Below are positions 19,549 to 27,738 of a stretch of DNA of 64,000 nt, piece after piece. Position 1 is the stretch's first letter. Every line of letters begins with the position of its first letter. Source of the DNA: Salinispira sp. (GTDB taxonomy: Bacteria > Spirochaetota > Spirochaetia > DSM-27196 > Salinispiraceae). The position numbers and the translations under genes are program-made. Under the pieces are notes generated by a model. The model was not told the origin of the DNA. It ran no database searches and was given only the letters and a program-made list of their open reading frames with translations. The DNA lies in assembly GCA_965602015.1 (NCBI GenBank), contig OZ271918.1:2336001-2400000 (forward strand), written 5' to 3'.

Positions 19549-20280
19549 CTACAAAAGCTTCTCGCGCAAAACCGGCAGGTACTCGCCCCGGGTTCGGTTT
19601 ATCTGAATTGGGCTGATGGATAGATACCCGTTCTCATAGGCCCAGACATCGCTTTCTTCGGTATTCTCCGCCTCGTCCCAGTCTCCCCTCGACCAGTAGA
19701 CCCCGTCTTCCTCGACGAAATCATGGAGAAAGGGTCTGACTCCCATTTCGGTGATCCGCAAGCCTTTGCTCGAGTTGTAATCCTTGCGGGGAAAGTTGAC
19801 ATTGAGAACCAGTTCAGCGTTGAGCACGTCGGCGCTGAGGATTTTCTCTAGAACATCGGGGAGCTCCCGGCGCACCAGGTTGAGGTCGCCGAAGTCGGCC
19901 GACAGGGCCATGGATGGTATACCGCAGATTACGCCTTCGCTGGCCCCTGCGAGGGTGCCGGAATACATGATATCGGTGCCAAGATTCGGTCCGTCGTTGA
20001 TGCCCGATACCACCAGGTCGATGTTGAGGTTAAGGGCGTACAGGGCGAACTTCACGCAGTCCGCGGGCTTGGCTTCCAGACTCCAGCTCTCAATGCCGTC
20101 GAGCAGGTCGGTCCGATGATGCAGCCGAATGGGCTCGTGTATGGTGATTCCGTGACCGATGGCGCTCTGCTGTGTGTGGGGTGCCACCACGTAGACCGTA
20201 CCGTATTTCTGCATGCTGCGGGCAAGAAGCTCGATACCCGGTGAGTTAATGCTGTCGTCGTTTACCGCGAGAATATTCAT
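19549..20280 (-). CDS. surE: 5'/3'-nucleotidase SurE
   Basis: MNILAVNDD, PADCV, DLVVSGINDGPNLG.D..YSGT. Confidence 0.93.
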   Translation of the reverse strand: MNILAVNDDSINSPGIELLARSMQKYGTVYVVAPHTQQSAIGHGITIHEPIRLHHRTDLLDGIESWSLEAKPADCVKFALYALNLNIDLVVSGINDGPNLGTDIMYSGTLAGASEGVICGIPSMALSADFGDLNLVRRELPDVLEKILSADVLNAELVLNVNFPRKDYNSSKGLRITEMGVRPFLHDFVEEDGVYWSRGDWDEAENTEESDVWAYENGYLSISPIQINRTRGEYLPVLREKLL

Positions 20281-20300
20281 AGTATCGGGAAAGCATACCG

Positions 20301-20678
20301 TCAGCCGAGCTTCCTTTCAAGGACGTCCCTCACGTAATCGTAAATTTCCGGCTCGAGGCCCGAGGCGTGTTGGAGAAAATCCCGCACAAGGCTGTTATCC
20401 GGGAGGCTCACCGCACCGTTCAGGATTGGCGTCGCCCGGCTGTTTACCTCATCGACTATCGATCGATGGCTGAAATGTCCGTCGGCCCAGGTGATGGCGT
20501 TTTCCGAGTTTTCCGGGCCGTAGCAAATCTGGAATCCCGTCAGCTTCTGATCGGGCTCGTCGTACCACAATATGAGCTCATAACTGCTGTCGGAAAACCA
20601 GCGCCGTCGAATTCCCGGCTCGTTCTGATGTACATGATAGAACTCTTTAAGCCCCTCATTGCCGACTGTGCTACCCAT
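20301..20678 (-). CDS. Hypothetical protein
   Basis: 125 aa with natural-looking composition (RRRWFSD..ELILWY....GFQICY); fills the gap between co-oriented genes; start uncertain. Confidence 0.65.
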   Translation of the reverse strand: MGSTVGNEGLKEFYHVHQNEPGIRRRWFSDSSYELILWYDEPDQKLTGFQICYGPENSENAITWADGHFSHRSIVDEVNSRATPILNGAVSLPDNSLVRDFLQHASGLEPEIYDYVRDVLERKLG

Positions 20679-20763
20679 TCAGGCCTCCGTGTTGCAGCAG
20701 TATTCTCATTGAAATATATCTCCCGATAGAGAAAATTCGACCGGTATCGTGACAAATACCCTG

Positions 20764-20810
20764 TGCCCCGAAAACAGCTGATGTACGGGAAATCAGCTGT
20801 TTTCGGGGCA
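20764..20810. repeat. Short copy of the dispersed inverted-repeat element (19-bp arms, 9-nt loop)
   Basis: TGCCCCGAAAACAGCTGAT-GTACGGGAA-ATCAGCTGTTTTCGGGGCA, perfect arms, 3 nt past the stop at 20814. Confidence 0.9.
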
Positions 20811-20813
20811 GTA

Positions 20814-21425
20814 TCAAAAAAACAGCCGGCTTCGGCGCGTATATTCGGGAAAATCCTCATAACGGCTCAAACTTTTGTCCTTGCGGATCATATTGGGGAG
20901 CCAATAGGCAAGAACCCACAGGGCCAGAATAGCTAATGGCAGCCAGTGCATGGCCAGCATGCCGAATCCGCCGTAGATGAGCAGTTCACCCAGATAATTC
21001 GGGTTTCGCCGGTACGCAAATAGTCCATCCCGGATCAAATGGCCGGGACGCAGCGTGAGATATGCGTGTTTTTGCATGTCGGCGGAGAAGTGCAGGAAGA
21101 TCCCCACAGCGTACAGGGCCACCGCAATGGCATGGTACCAGGCGGGTGCCTGGACATCGAAGTGGAAAATCATCCATCCGGCTATCCAGTAGAGGCTCAA
21201 TCCCCCGAGAATTCCGAAGAGGGCGAACCACCAACTCGTTTTTTCTTCCCAGCGCTTATCGGGGAAAACCCGGCTCTTCCACACCCACAGCACGCCGTAC
21301 GTGCCGTGCATGGCTATATACAGCCACGCTGTATGACTCTCCCAACGGCGGTAGACGAGCATAAGGATTATCATGACAAGGCCGGTAACGCCCTTGTGAC
21401 CGTCGATAAAATACTTCATTTTCAT
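20814..21425 (-). CDS. DUF1295 / steroid 5-alpha-reductase / ICMT-like membrane protein
   Basis: Multiple TMs; ADMQK, GLFAYRRNPNYLGE; SD AGAAGGAG before ATG 21425. Confidence 0.85.
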   Translation of the reverse strand: MKMKYFIDGHKGVTGLVMIILMLVYRRWESHTAWLYIAMHGTYGVLWVWKSRVFPDKRWEEKTSWWFALFGILGGLSLYWIAGWMIFHFDVQAPAWYHAIAVALYAVGIFLHFSADMQKHAYLTLRPGHLIRDGLFAYRRNPNYLGELLIYGGFGMLAMHWLPLAILALWVLAYWLPNMIRKDKSLSRYEDFPEYTRRSRLFF

Positions 21426-21445
21426 CGGGTGACTCCTTCTCTTGC

Positions 21446-21910
21446 TCACGCGAGGGATACGGCGGTTTTTTCCGCAATTGTCGATAGAACAATGGTGCTG
21501 CTGGTCTTATCGATTCCCGGAATGGTGGTGAGCCGTTCCCGGGTAAACACCTCAAAATCCTCGATGTTTTCGCAGATCACCTTCAGCAAGTAGTCCTTTT
21601 CTCCCGCCAAGCGGTGAGCCTCCATAACCTCAGGCAGGGAGGCGATTCCATTATTGAAATTCTTCATCACATCGGATGAGTGTTCCTTCATTGTAATAAA
21701 AATAAACGCCTTAATATGCTTTTCAACGGCTTTTTCATCGATGATGGCCACATATCGGCGGATCACCCCCGCAGCCTCAAGCTTTTTAACCCGTTCCAGA
21801 GTCGAAGCCGGAGATAGGCCGATTGCAGCTGCCAGCTGCTGATTGGTTATAGAGCTGTCGCTCTGTAGAATCTCCAGAATTTTGCGGTTAATTTCGTCAA
21901 GCCGGGCCAC
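21446..21910 (-). CDS. Lrp/AsnC family transcriptional regulator
   Basis: LDEINRKIL..LQ...LA..IGLS.....RVKKLE..GVI..Y HTH plus RAM domain (EAHRLAGEKDYLLKV); SD GGAGG precedes GTG 21910 (ATG 21922 is the alternative). Confidence 0.92.
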   Translation of the reverse strand: MARLDEINRKILEILQSDSSITNQQLAAAIGLSPASTLERVKKLEAAGVIRRYVAIIDEKAVEKHIKAFIFITMKEHSSDVMKNFNNGIASLPEVMEAHRLAGEKDYLLKVICENIEDFEVFTRERLTTIPGIDKTSSTIVLSTIAEKTAVSLA

Positions 21911-21919
21911 AGACGCCTC

Positions 21920-21997
21920 CATCCGTATTTTATTCGGTTTATCCTAACACATCCATATTTTATTCGTATACATGATATGCGACCCACTTATTATTCG
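21920..21997. promoter_or_regulatory. Three helically phased AT-rich boxes between lrp and iorA; candidate Lrp sites
   Basis: CATCCGTATTTTATTCG (21920), CATCCATATTTTATTCG (21950), CCCACTTATTATTCG (21983); TTATTCG cores 30 and 31 bp apart. Confidence 0.6.
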
Positions 21998-22066
21998 TCT
22001 TTATTTGCCAAATGCCGATTTTGGGCGTATAAAGATAGGGAAACCACTTATTACAGGGGACGCAGG

Positions 22067-23746
22067 ATGACCGAACACGTACTTTTGGGCGACGAAGCCC
22101 TTGCTCTGGGAGCTATTCATGCGGGAGTTTCACTGGCCTACGGATATCCCGGAACGCCGTCTACCGAGATTTTAGAATACCTGCAGCGGGTTCAGAAAAA
22201 CTGGGATTACCGGGCCCACTGGTGTTCCAACGAAAAAACCGCCTACGAATCGGCAGTCGGCGCTTCCATGATGAACCGGCGCAGCCTGGTAACCATGAAG
22301 CATGTGGGGTTAAACGTCGCCGCCGATCCGTTTATGAACTCCGTTCTGATGAACATCAAGGGCGGACTGGTTCTGGCGGTCGCCGATGATCCGGGGATGC
22401 ATTCATCACAGAACGAGCAGGATTCCCGGTATTTCGCCGATTTCGCAAAGATGCCCTGCCTGGAACCCCGAAATCAGCAGGAAGCCTACGAGATGACCAT
22501 GCGGGCATTTGATCTTTCCGAACAGTTCCACGTACCGGTAATGGTCAAGCTGGTCACCCGCCTCAGCCATTCCAGGGCCGTGGTGAAGGCCGGGGACGAT
22601 AATAAAGCCCGCAAGCAGAATCCCCCGGAGAAGTTTGAAGGGGTCACGGACTACATGGTTCTCCCGGCAGTCAGCCGCCGCAATTACGCCCATCACCTTG
22701 AGGTCATGAAGGAGCTTGAAGCCTGGAGCGATTCCAGCGACTACAACCGCCTCGACCTCAGCTCCAAGCGGACCGATGTGGCGGTTATTACCAGCGGCCT
22801 GGGCGGGAACTACTATGAGGAAAATCTCGATGATCTTGAGACTCCTCCTAACCGGCTGCACATTTCAGCCTATCCCCTGCCAGTGGAAAAGATCCGCAGT
22901 CTTGCGGCTACAGCGGAGCGGATCATATGCATCGAGGAAGGCTATCCCTACATCGAAAGGCTGCTGGCGGGAATACTTCCCCAGCAGAAGAAGATAAGCG
23001 GAAAACTCGACGGCAGCGTCCCGGCATCAGGGGAGCTCAACCCCGACAATGTCCGGCCCGCCATGGGGCTGTCTCCCCTTGCGGGAACCGATGTAGACCC
23101 GGGCCCCCTTCCCGGCAGGCCTCCCCAGCTATGCCCCGCATGTCCCCATGCGGATACTTTTATTTCCATGCAGGAGGCCCTGGCGGACTATCCCGACAGC
23201 CTGGTTACCAGCGACATCGGCTGCTACACCCTTGGATTCCTGCCGCCTCACAGGGCCATCGAAACCGCCTTGTGCATGGGCGCCTCAATACCCATGGCCC
23301 GGGGAGCCGCGGAGTCGGGAATGCATCCGGCCATAGCGACCATCGGCGACAGCACCTTTATGCACTCCGGCCTGACGGGACTCGCCGATGCTGCGGCGGC
23401 GAATGTGCCGATGACCGTGGTGATAATGGATAATGAAACCACTGCCATGACCGGCGGCCAGAACACCGTCGTCAGCTCACCGCAAATCCGCGCGGCGGTG
23501 TCCGGTCTGGGCGTCGATCCGGATCACATCGTCGAGCTCATTCCTCTTCCAAAGAAGCGGGAAGAGAACAGCGCGCTGATGAGGCGGGAGTTCGAGTACC
23601 GGGGTTTGTCGGTGGTAATCGCCGTCCGTGAATGCATCCAGACCCTCAAAAAGCGGAACCAGGCAAAAAAGGCCGCACAATCCCTGGCCGCCCAGTGCGA
23701 GATTCAGGACAGCGGCTCACCAGCCGCTCAGCAGGCGGAGGTGTAA
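22067..23746 (+). CDS. iorA: Indolepyruvate:ferredoxin oxidoreductase alpha subunit
   Basis: LLGDEA.A.GA, YPGTPSTEI, MKHVGLNVAADP, HSSQNEQDSR, RPP.LC..CPH, DIGCY, IGDSTF.HSG, TAMTGGQ. Confidence 0.95.
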   Translation: MTEHVLLGDEALALGAIHAGVSLAYGYPGTPSTEILEYLQRVQKNWDYRAHWCSNEKTAYESAVGASMMNRRSLVTMKHVGLNVAADPFMNSVLMNIKGGLVLAVADDPGMHSSQNEQDSRYFADFAKMPCLEPRNQQEAYEMTMRAFDLSEQFHVPVMVKLVTRLSHSRAVVKAGDDNKARKQNPPEKFEGVTDYMVLPAVSRRNYAHHLEVMKELEAWSDSSDYNRLDLSSKRTDVAVITSGLGGNYYEENLDDLETPPNRLHISAYPLPVEKIRSLAATAERIICIEEGYPYIERLLAGILPQQKKISGKLDGSVPASGELNPDNVRPAMGLSPLAGTDVDPGPLPGRPPQLCPACPHADTFISMQEALADYPDSLVTSDIGCYTLGFLPPHRAIETALCMGASIPMARGAAESGMHPAIATIGDSTFMHSGLTGLADAAAANVPMTVVIMDNETTAMTGGQNTVVSSPQIRAAVSGLGVDPDHIVELIPLPKKREENSALMRREFEYRGLSVVIAVRECIQTLKKRNQAKKAAQSLAAQCEIQDSGSPAAQQAEV

Positions 23747-23747
23747 T

Positions 23748-24314
23748 ATGAAATACGACATAATTCTTTCGGGAGTGGGCGGCCAGGGTATTCTCTCAGT
23801 GGCGGCGGTAATCGCCACAGCGGCAATGGCCGAAGGCCTGTATGTCCGACAATCCGAAGTGCACGGCATGGCTCAAAGAGGCGGGGCGGTCCAGGCCCAT
23901 CTGAGAATTTCAGACAGGCATATTCCATCGGATCTCATAGGACGCGGCAGGGCTGATATGATCCTCAGCATGGAACCGCTTGAGAGCCTGCGCTATCTGG
24001 ACTTCCTGAAGCCCGGCGGAAGACTGGTGAGCGCAGCTGAGTCTTTCAAGAATATTCCCGACTATCCCGCCGAAGAGGGAATTGACCGGGTCATCGGACA
24101 GGTCGCCGATTCGAGGCTGATACACACCAAGGAGCTGGCCGCCAGCGCCGGCTCGGTCAAGGCGGCCAATATGGTGCTCATCGGCGCAGCCTCTCCGTAC
24201 CTTCCCCTGAAGGCCGAGTCCCTGGAGAAAGCGGTGCGCGAGCTATTCCTGAGGAAGGGACAGTCTACGGTGGACATCAATCTCAAGGCCCTGGATCTTG
24301 GGAGGGCGGCATGA
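23748..24314 (+). CDS. iorB: Indolepyruvate:ferredoxin oxidoreductase beta subunit
   Basis: GVGGQG, SEVHGMAQRGGAV, N.VLIGA; SD GGAGG. Confidence 0.95.
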   Translation: MKYDIILSGVGGQGILSVAAVIATAAMAEGLYVRQSEVHGMAQRGGAVQAHLRISDRHIPSDLIGRGRADMILSMEPLESLRYLDFLKPGGRLVSAAESFKNIPDYPAEEGIDRVIGQVADSRLIHTKELAASAGSVKAANMVLIGAASPYLPLKAESLEKAVRELFLRKGQSTVDINLKALDLGRAA

Positions 24315-25207
24315 GTTTTGCCGAACTGGAACAGCAGGTTCTCGGCGGAAGGAAGCTGACCATCGCCGTAGCCGGCCCCCGGGGAGCGGAAGTTTTCGAC
24401 GCCCTGGCTGCTGCCCACGAAAAACGTCTGGCGGACTTCATTCTCTGCGGCGATGAGGCCGCCATCCGCCTGGAAGCCGGGGAACTGGCCGATGCGAGAA
24501 TCATTTCAGCATCGGACGACGAGGCGGCTGCACTAGCCGCAGTCGAAGAAGTGCGCAGCGGGCGGGCGGACATGGTCATGAAGGGAAAAATCCCCACCGC
24601 AGTCCTGCTCAAGGCCATTCTTGCAGAGAAAACCGTATATAACCGTGGGCGGCTGCTATCCCACATCCTCATCCTCCAAAATCCCGAGGGAAAATTCCTC
24701 GGCGTCACCGACGGGGGCATGAATCTCTACCCCGACGTGGAGCAGAAGCAGGACATCATCCGCTCAGCCGTCGAATGTTTTCACTCGCTGGGAGTACCAA
24801 AACCGAAAGTCGCGGTTCTGGCGGCCATGGAAAAAGAAAACCCCAAAATCACCGAATCTATGGATGCCGCCGAACTGACCCGCCGATACAAGGCGGGTGA
24901 ATTCCCGGACTGCATCGTCGAGGGTCCCATTGCCCTCGACCTGGCGGTGAGCAAAAAAGCATGCGAGCTTAAGGAATGGAAGGGCGAAATTCGCGGCGAC
25001 AGCGACATCCTCCTGGTCCACGATATTTCCAGCGGCAATTATCTCGGCAAATCGCTTATTTACCTGGCGGGATACAGCGGCGGCGGCCTGGTGCTCGGCG
25101 GCGGACGACCGATTATCCTGCTTTCCAGAAGCGACAGCGCGACGGAAAAATACCAGTCCATTCTGCTGGCCCTGGCGCTGGAGCGGCATCGTCAACAGCT
25201 CTTGTAA
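24311..25207 (+). CDS. ptb: Phosphate butyryltransferase (phosphate acyltransferase)
   Basis: ADMVMKGKI.T, TDGGMN..PD, PKVAVLAA.E, EGPIALD.A, ILLSRSD; ATGA overlap with iorB. Confidence 0.9.
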   Translation: MSFAELEQQVLGGRKLTIAVAGPRGAEVFDALAAAHEKRLADFILCGDEAAIRLEAGELADARIISASDDEAAALAAVEEVRSGRADMVMKGKIPTAVLLKAILAEKTVYNRGRLLSHILILQNPEGKFLGVTDGGMNLYPDVEQKQDIIRSAVECFHSLGVPKPKVAVLAAMEKENPKITESMDAAELTRRYKAGEFPDCIVEGPIALDLAVSKKACELKEWKGEIRGDSDILLVHDISSGNYLGKSLIYLAGYSGGGLVLGGGRPIILLSRSDSATEKYQSILLALALERHRQQLL

Positions 25208-25214
25208 ATGCCGC

Positions 25215-25274
25215 AGGTTCCCGGAATGATACCCGGATAGGTTTCCGGAGAGGTTTCTGAAGATCTCTCCGGAC
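25215..25274. repeat. Degenerate 12-bp tandem repeat (5 units) with embedded hairpin
   Basis: AGGTTCCCGGAA TGATACCCGGAT AGGTTTCCGGAG AGGTTTCTGAAG ATCTCTCCGGAC; TCCGGAGAG/CTCTCCGGA inverted pair. Confidence 0.55.
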
Positions 25275-25295
25275 AGCAATAGAAGGAGTGGGCTA

Positions 25296-26408
25296 ATGAG
25301 CCGCAAGTACATGTTTTTGGTAATCAATCCCGGGTCAACCTCAACAAAAGTGGCCTTGTACCGAGGAAATGATCCCTGGAGCATCGAAGAGATAGAGAGC
25401 CGAAATCTTATTCACCCCGCCGAGGAGTTGCGAGATCTGAACGATGCAATCGATCAGCTCGAAATAAGAAGCCGGGCGGTGGAGGCCTTCCTCGAGGATT
25501 CCGGGAAGCCCGAGCTGGACGCCGTAGCCGGCCGGGGGGGACTGACTCACCCGGTTGAAGCCGGCAGCTATGCGATCAACGAGGCTTTAAAGGAAGACCT
25601 GAGAACTGCGCGATACGGCAACCACGCATCGAATCTCGGCGCCCTCATAGCCGACCGGATTGCGGCGCCCCGTAATATCCCCGCCCTCATCGCCGATCCG
25701 GTGGGGGTGGACCAGTTCGAGACCCCAGCCCGCTACTCCGGTTGGCCGGATCTGGAGAGGAAATGCCAACTTCACGCCTTAAACATGCGGGAAATGGCCA
25801 GGCGGGCTGCCAGAGATCTGTCTGCCGAGTCCCGGGGTAAACGATCCGAAGAGATATCCGAGTACCGGCTAATTATCGCCCACCTGGGCGGCGGAATTTC
25901 CATCGGCCCCATGGTGGGCGGCCGGATTATAGACGTGAACAACGCAATGGACGGAGGTCCGTTTTCTCCCCAGCGGGTCGGCTCGCTGCCCACCACCGGA
26001 CTGATAGACCTGTGCTTCAGCGGCGCGTACAAATCCTCATCTGAACTCAAGGCGGCGATGACCCGGCGGGGGGGACTGTTCGCCTATCTCGGCACCGATG
26101 ACGGGCGGGAGATTGCGAAGAGAATAGCCGATGGAGACAAAAAGGCCCGGGAGGTCCTGCATGCAATGGCCTATCAGATAGCAAAGGAAATCGGCGCCAT
26201 GGCCACGGTCCTGGAGGGTCGGGTAGACGCCATCATTCTCACCGGCGGCCTTCCCCGCCCCCCTCTTTCGGACTGGATTACCGAACGGGTGTCATGGATC
26301 GCCCCGGTAAAAGTATATCCCGGAGAAATGGAACTGCTGGCCCTCGCCCGGGCCGCGGCACGGCACATCTGTCAGGGCGAAGCGCTGCTTGACTACCCGG
26401 CGCAATAA
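25296..26408 (+). CDS. buk: Butyrate (branched-chain carboxylate) kinase
   Basis: LVINPGSTSTK, GRGG, HASNLG, HALN, AHLGGGIS, GPFSP.R.G.LP, AYQIAKEIG, ILTGG, YPGE.E. Confidence 0.95.
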   Translation: MSRKYMFLVINPGSTSTKVALYRGNDPWSIEEIESRNLIHPAEELRDLNDAIDQLEIRSRAVEAFLEDSGKPELDAVAGRGGLTHPVEAGSYAINEALKEDLRTARYGNHASNLGALIADRIAAPRNIPALIADPVGVDQFETPARYSGWPDLERKCQLHALNMREMARRAARDLSAESRGKRSEEISEYRLIIAHLGGGISIGPMVGGRIIDVNNAMDGGPFSPQRVGSLPTTGLIDLCFSGAYKSSSELKAAMTRRGGLFAYLGTDDGREIAKRIADGDKKAREVLHAMAYQIAKEIGAMATVLEGRVDAIILTGGLPRPPLSDWITERVSWIAPVKVYPGEMELLALARAAARHICQGEALLDYPAQ

Positions 26409-26433
26409 TGGCGCAATAAACAGGAGGGCACAC

Positions 26434-27618
26434 ATGGCATTGGCACGAAGACTTGATCCCATTCTCGCGGGGGGAACCCTCATCCGGAAGATGTTTAATC
26501 AGGGACAGGAGCTCATTGAAAAATTCGGAGCAGACAAGGTGTATGACCTGAGCATCGGAAACCCCGACCTCTCCCCTCCCCAGTCTTTTTACCGGGCGGC
26601 CGCCGATATTCTATCGGCAGACATTCCCCGCAAGCATGCCTATATGAACAACGCCGGGTATCCCGAAACCCGCCAGGTCATCGCCCACCGGGTGACCAGG
26701 GAACAGGAAACTGAAACTGACTGGAAAAACATCGTCATGACCGTCGGGGCCGGGGGAGCCCTCTCCCTGTGCTTTTTTGCCCTGGTGAATCCCGGAGACG
26801 AGGTACTGGTCAATGCTCCGGCATTCGTCGCCTACAATAATTACCTCTCGGTTCACGGCGGAGTCTTAAACGTGGTGCCCGGCCGGGAGGACTTTGATTT
26901 GAATCTCGAAGCCATGGAGGGCATGATCAGCGAGAACACAGCTGCAATAATCATTAATTCGCCGAACAATCCCAGCGGAGTGATTTACCCCGAATCGAGC
27001 CTGAAGGCCCTGGGTGAAATGCTCGAACGGGCATACCGCCGTCACGGCAGACGGATTTACCTGATCAGCGATGAACCGTACCGGGAGATCATTTACCGGG
27101 ATGAGGGCGTACCGCCGGTATTCCCCTCCTATCCCCACAGCATAATCTGCTACTCCTATTCGAAGGCGCTTTCGGTACCCGGCGAGCGCATCGGCTGGGC
27201 GGCGGTGCATCCGGAAGCGGAAGACTCGGCGCGGCTTATAGCCGGCATGACCGGCGGAACCCTTAACATGGGTTTCACCAACGCACCGGCGCTCATGCAG
27301 CGCATAATCGCGAAGATCGACGGCGAAGTAGTCGATGTGGAGCGCTACCGCCGAAGAAGGGACACCCTCACCGAAGGCCTCGCCCGGATAGGATATGATT
27401 TCACCGAACCGGAGGGGGCATTTTACCTGTTTCCCAAGGCGCCGGGGGGCGATGATACGGCATTCTGCGATGCCCTGGTGGAGGAACGGATCCTGGCGGT
27501 TCCCGGAGCCGGATTCGCAATGCCCGGATACTTCCGCATCTCCTACTGCGTCGATGAAGAAATTATCCGCCGCTCCATGCCGGGATTCGAACGGGTTTTC
27601 CAGCGAATGAACGAATAG
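26434..27618 (+). CDS. PLP-dependent aminotransferase class I/II (aspartate/aromatic type)
   Basis: DLSIGNPD, NSPNNPSG..Y, SDEPY, YSYSK.LS.PGERIG; SD AGGAGG. Confidence 0.92.
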   Translation: MALARRLDPILAGGTLIRKMFNQGQELIEKFGADKVYDLSIGNPDLSPPQSFYRAAADILSADIPRKHAYMNNAGYPETRQVIAHRVTREQETETDWKNIVMTVGAGGALSLCFFALVNPGDEVLVNAPAFVAYNNYLSVHGGVLNVVPGREDFDLNLEAMEGMISENTAAIIINSPNNPSGVIYPESSLKALGEMLERAYRRHGRRIYLISDEPYREIIYRDEGVPPVFPSYPHSIICYSYSKALSVPGERIGWAAVHPEAEDSARLIAGMTGGTLNMGFTNAPALMQRIIAKIDGEVVDVERYRRRRDTLTEGLARIGYDFTEPEGAFYLFPKAPGGDDTAFCDALVEERILAVPGAGFAMPGYFRISYCVDEEIIRRSMPGFERVFQRMNE

Positions 27619-27641
27619 CTTAACCGGTACATCATATTCTG

Positions 27642-27689
27642 ATGAACAGGCGCATGAACCGGTGCAAAAACCGGCTCATAAACCGGCAG
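27642..27689. repeat. 12-bp tandem repeat (4 units, AWRAACCGG-like) upstream of putA
   Basis: ATGAACAGGCGC ATGAACCGGTGC AAAAACCGGCTC ATAAACCGGCAG; a related CTTAACCGGTAC lies at 27619. Confidence 0.6.
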
Positions 27690-27738
27690 TGTAATTTACA
27701 GATGAATCTGGGGAAGCAGTAAATCACAGGGAGGCTCG

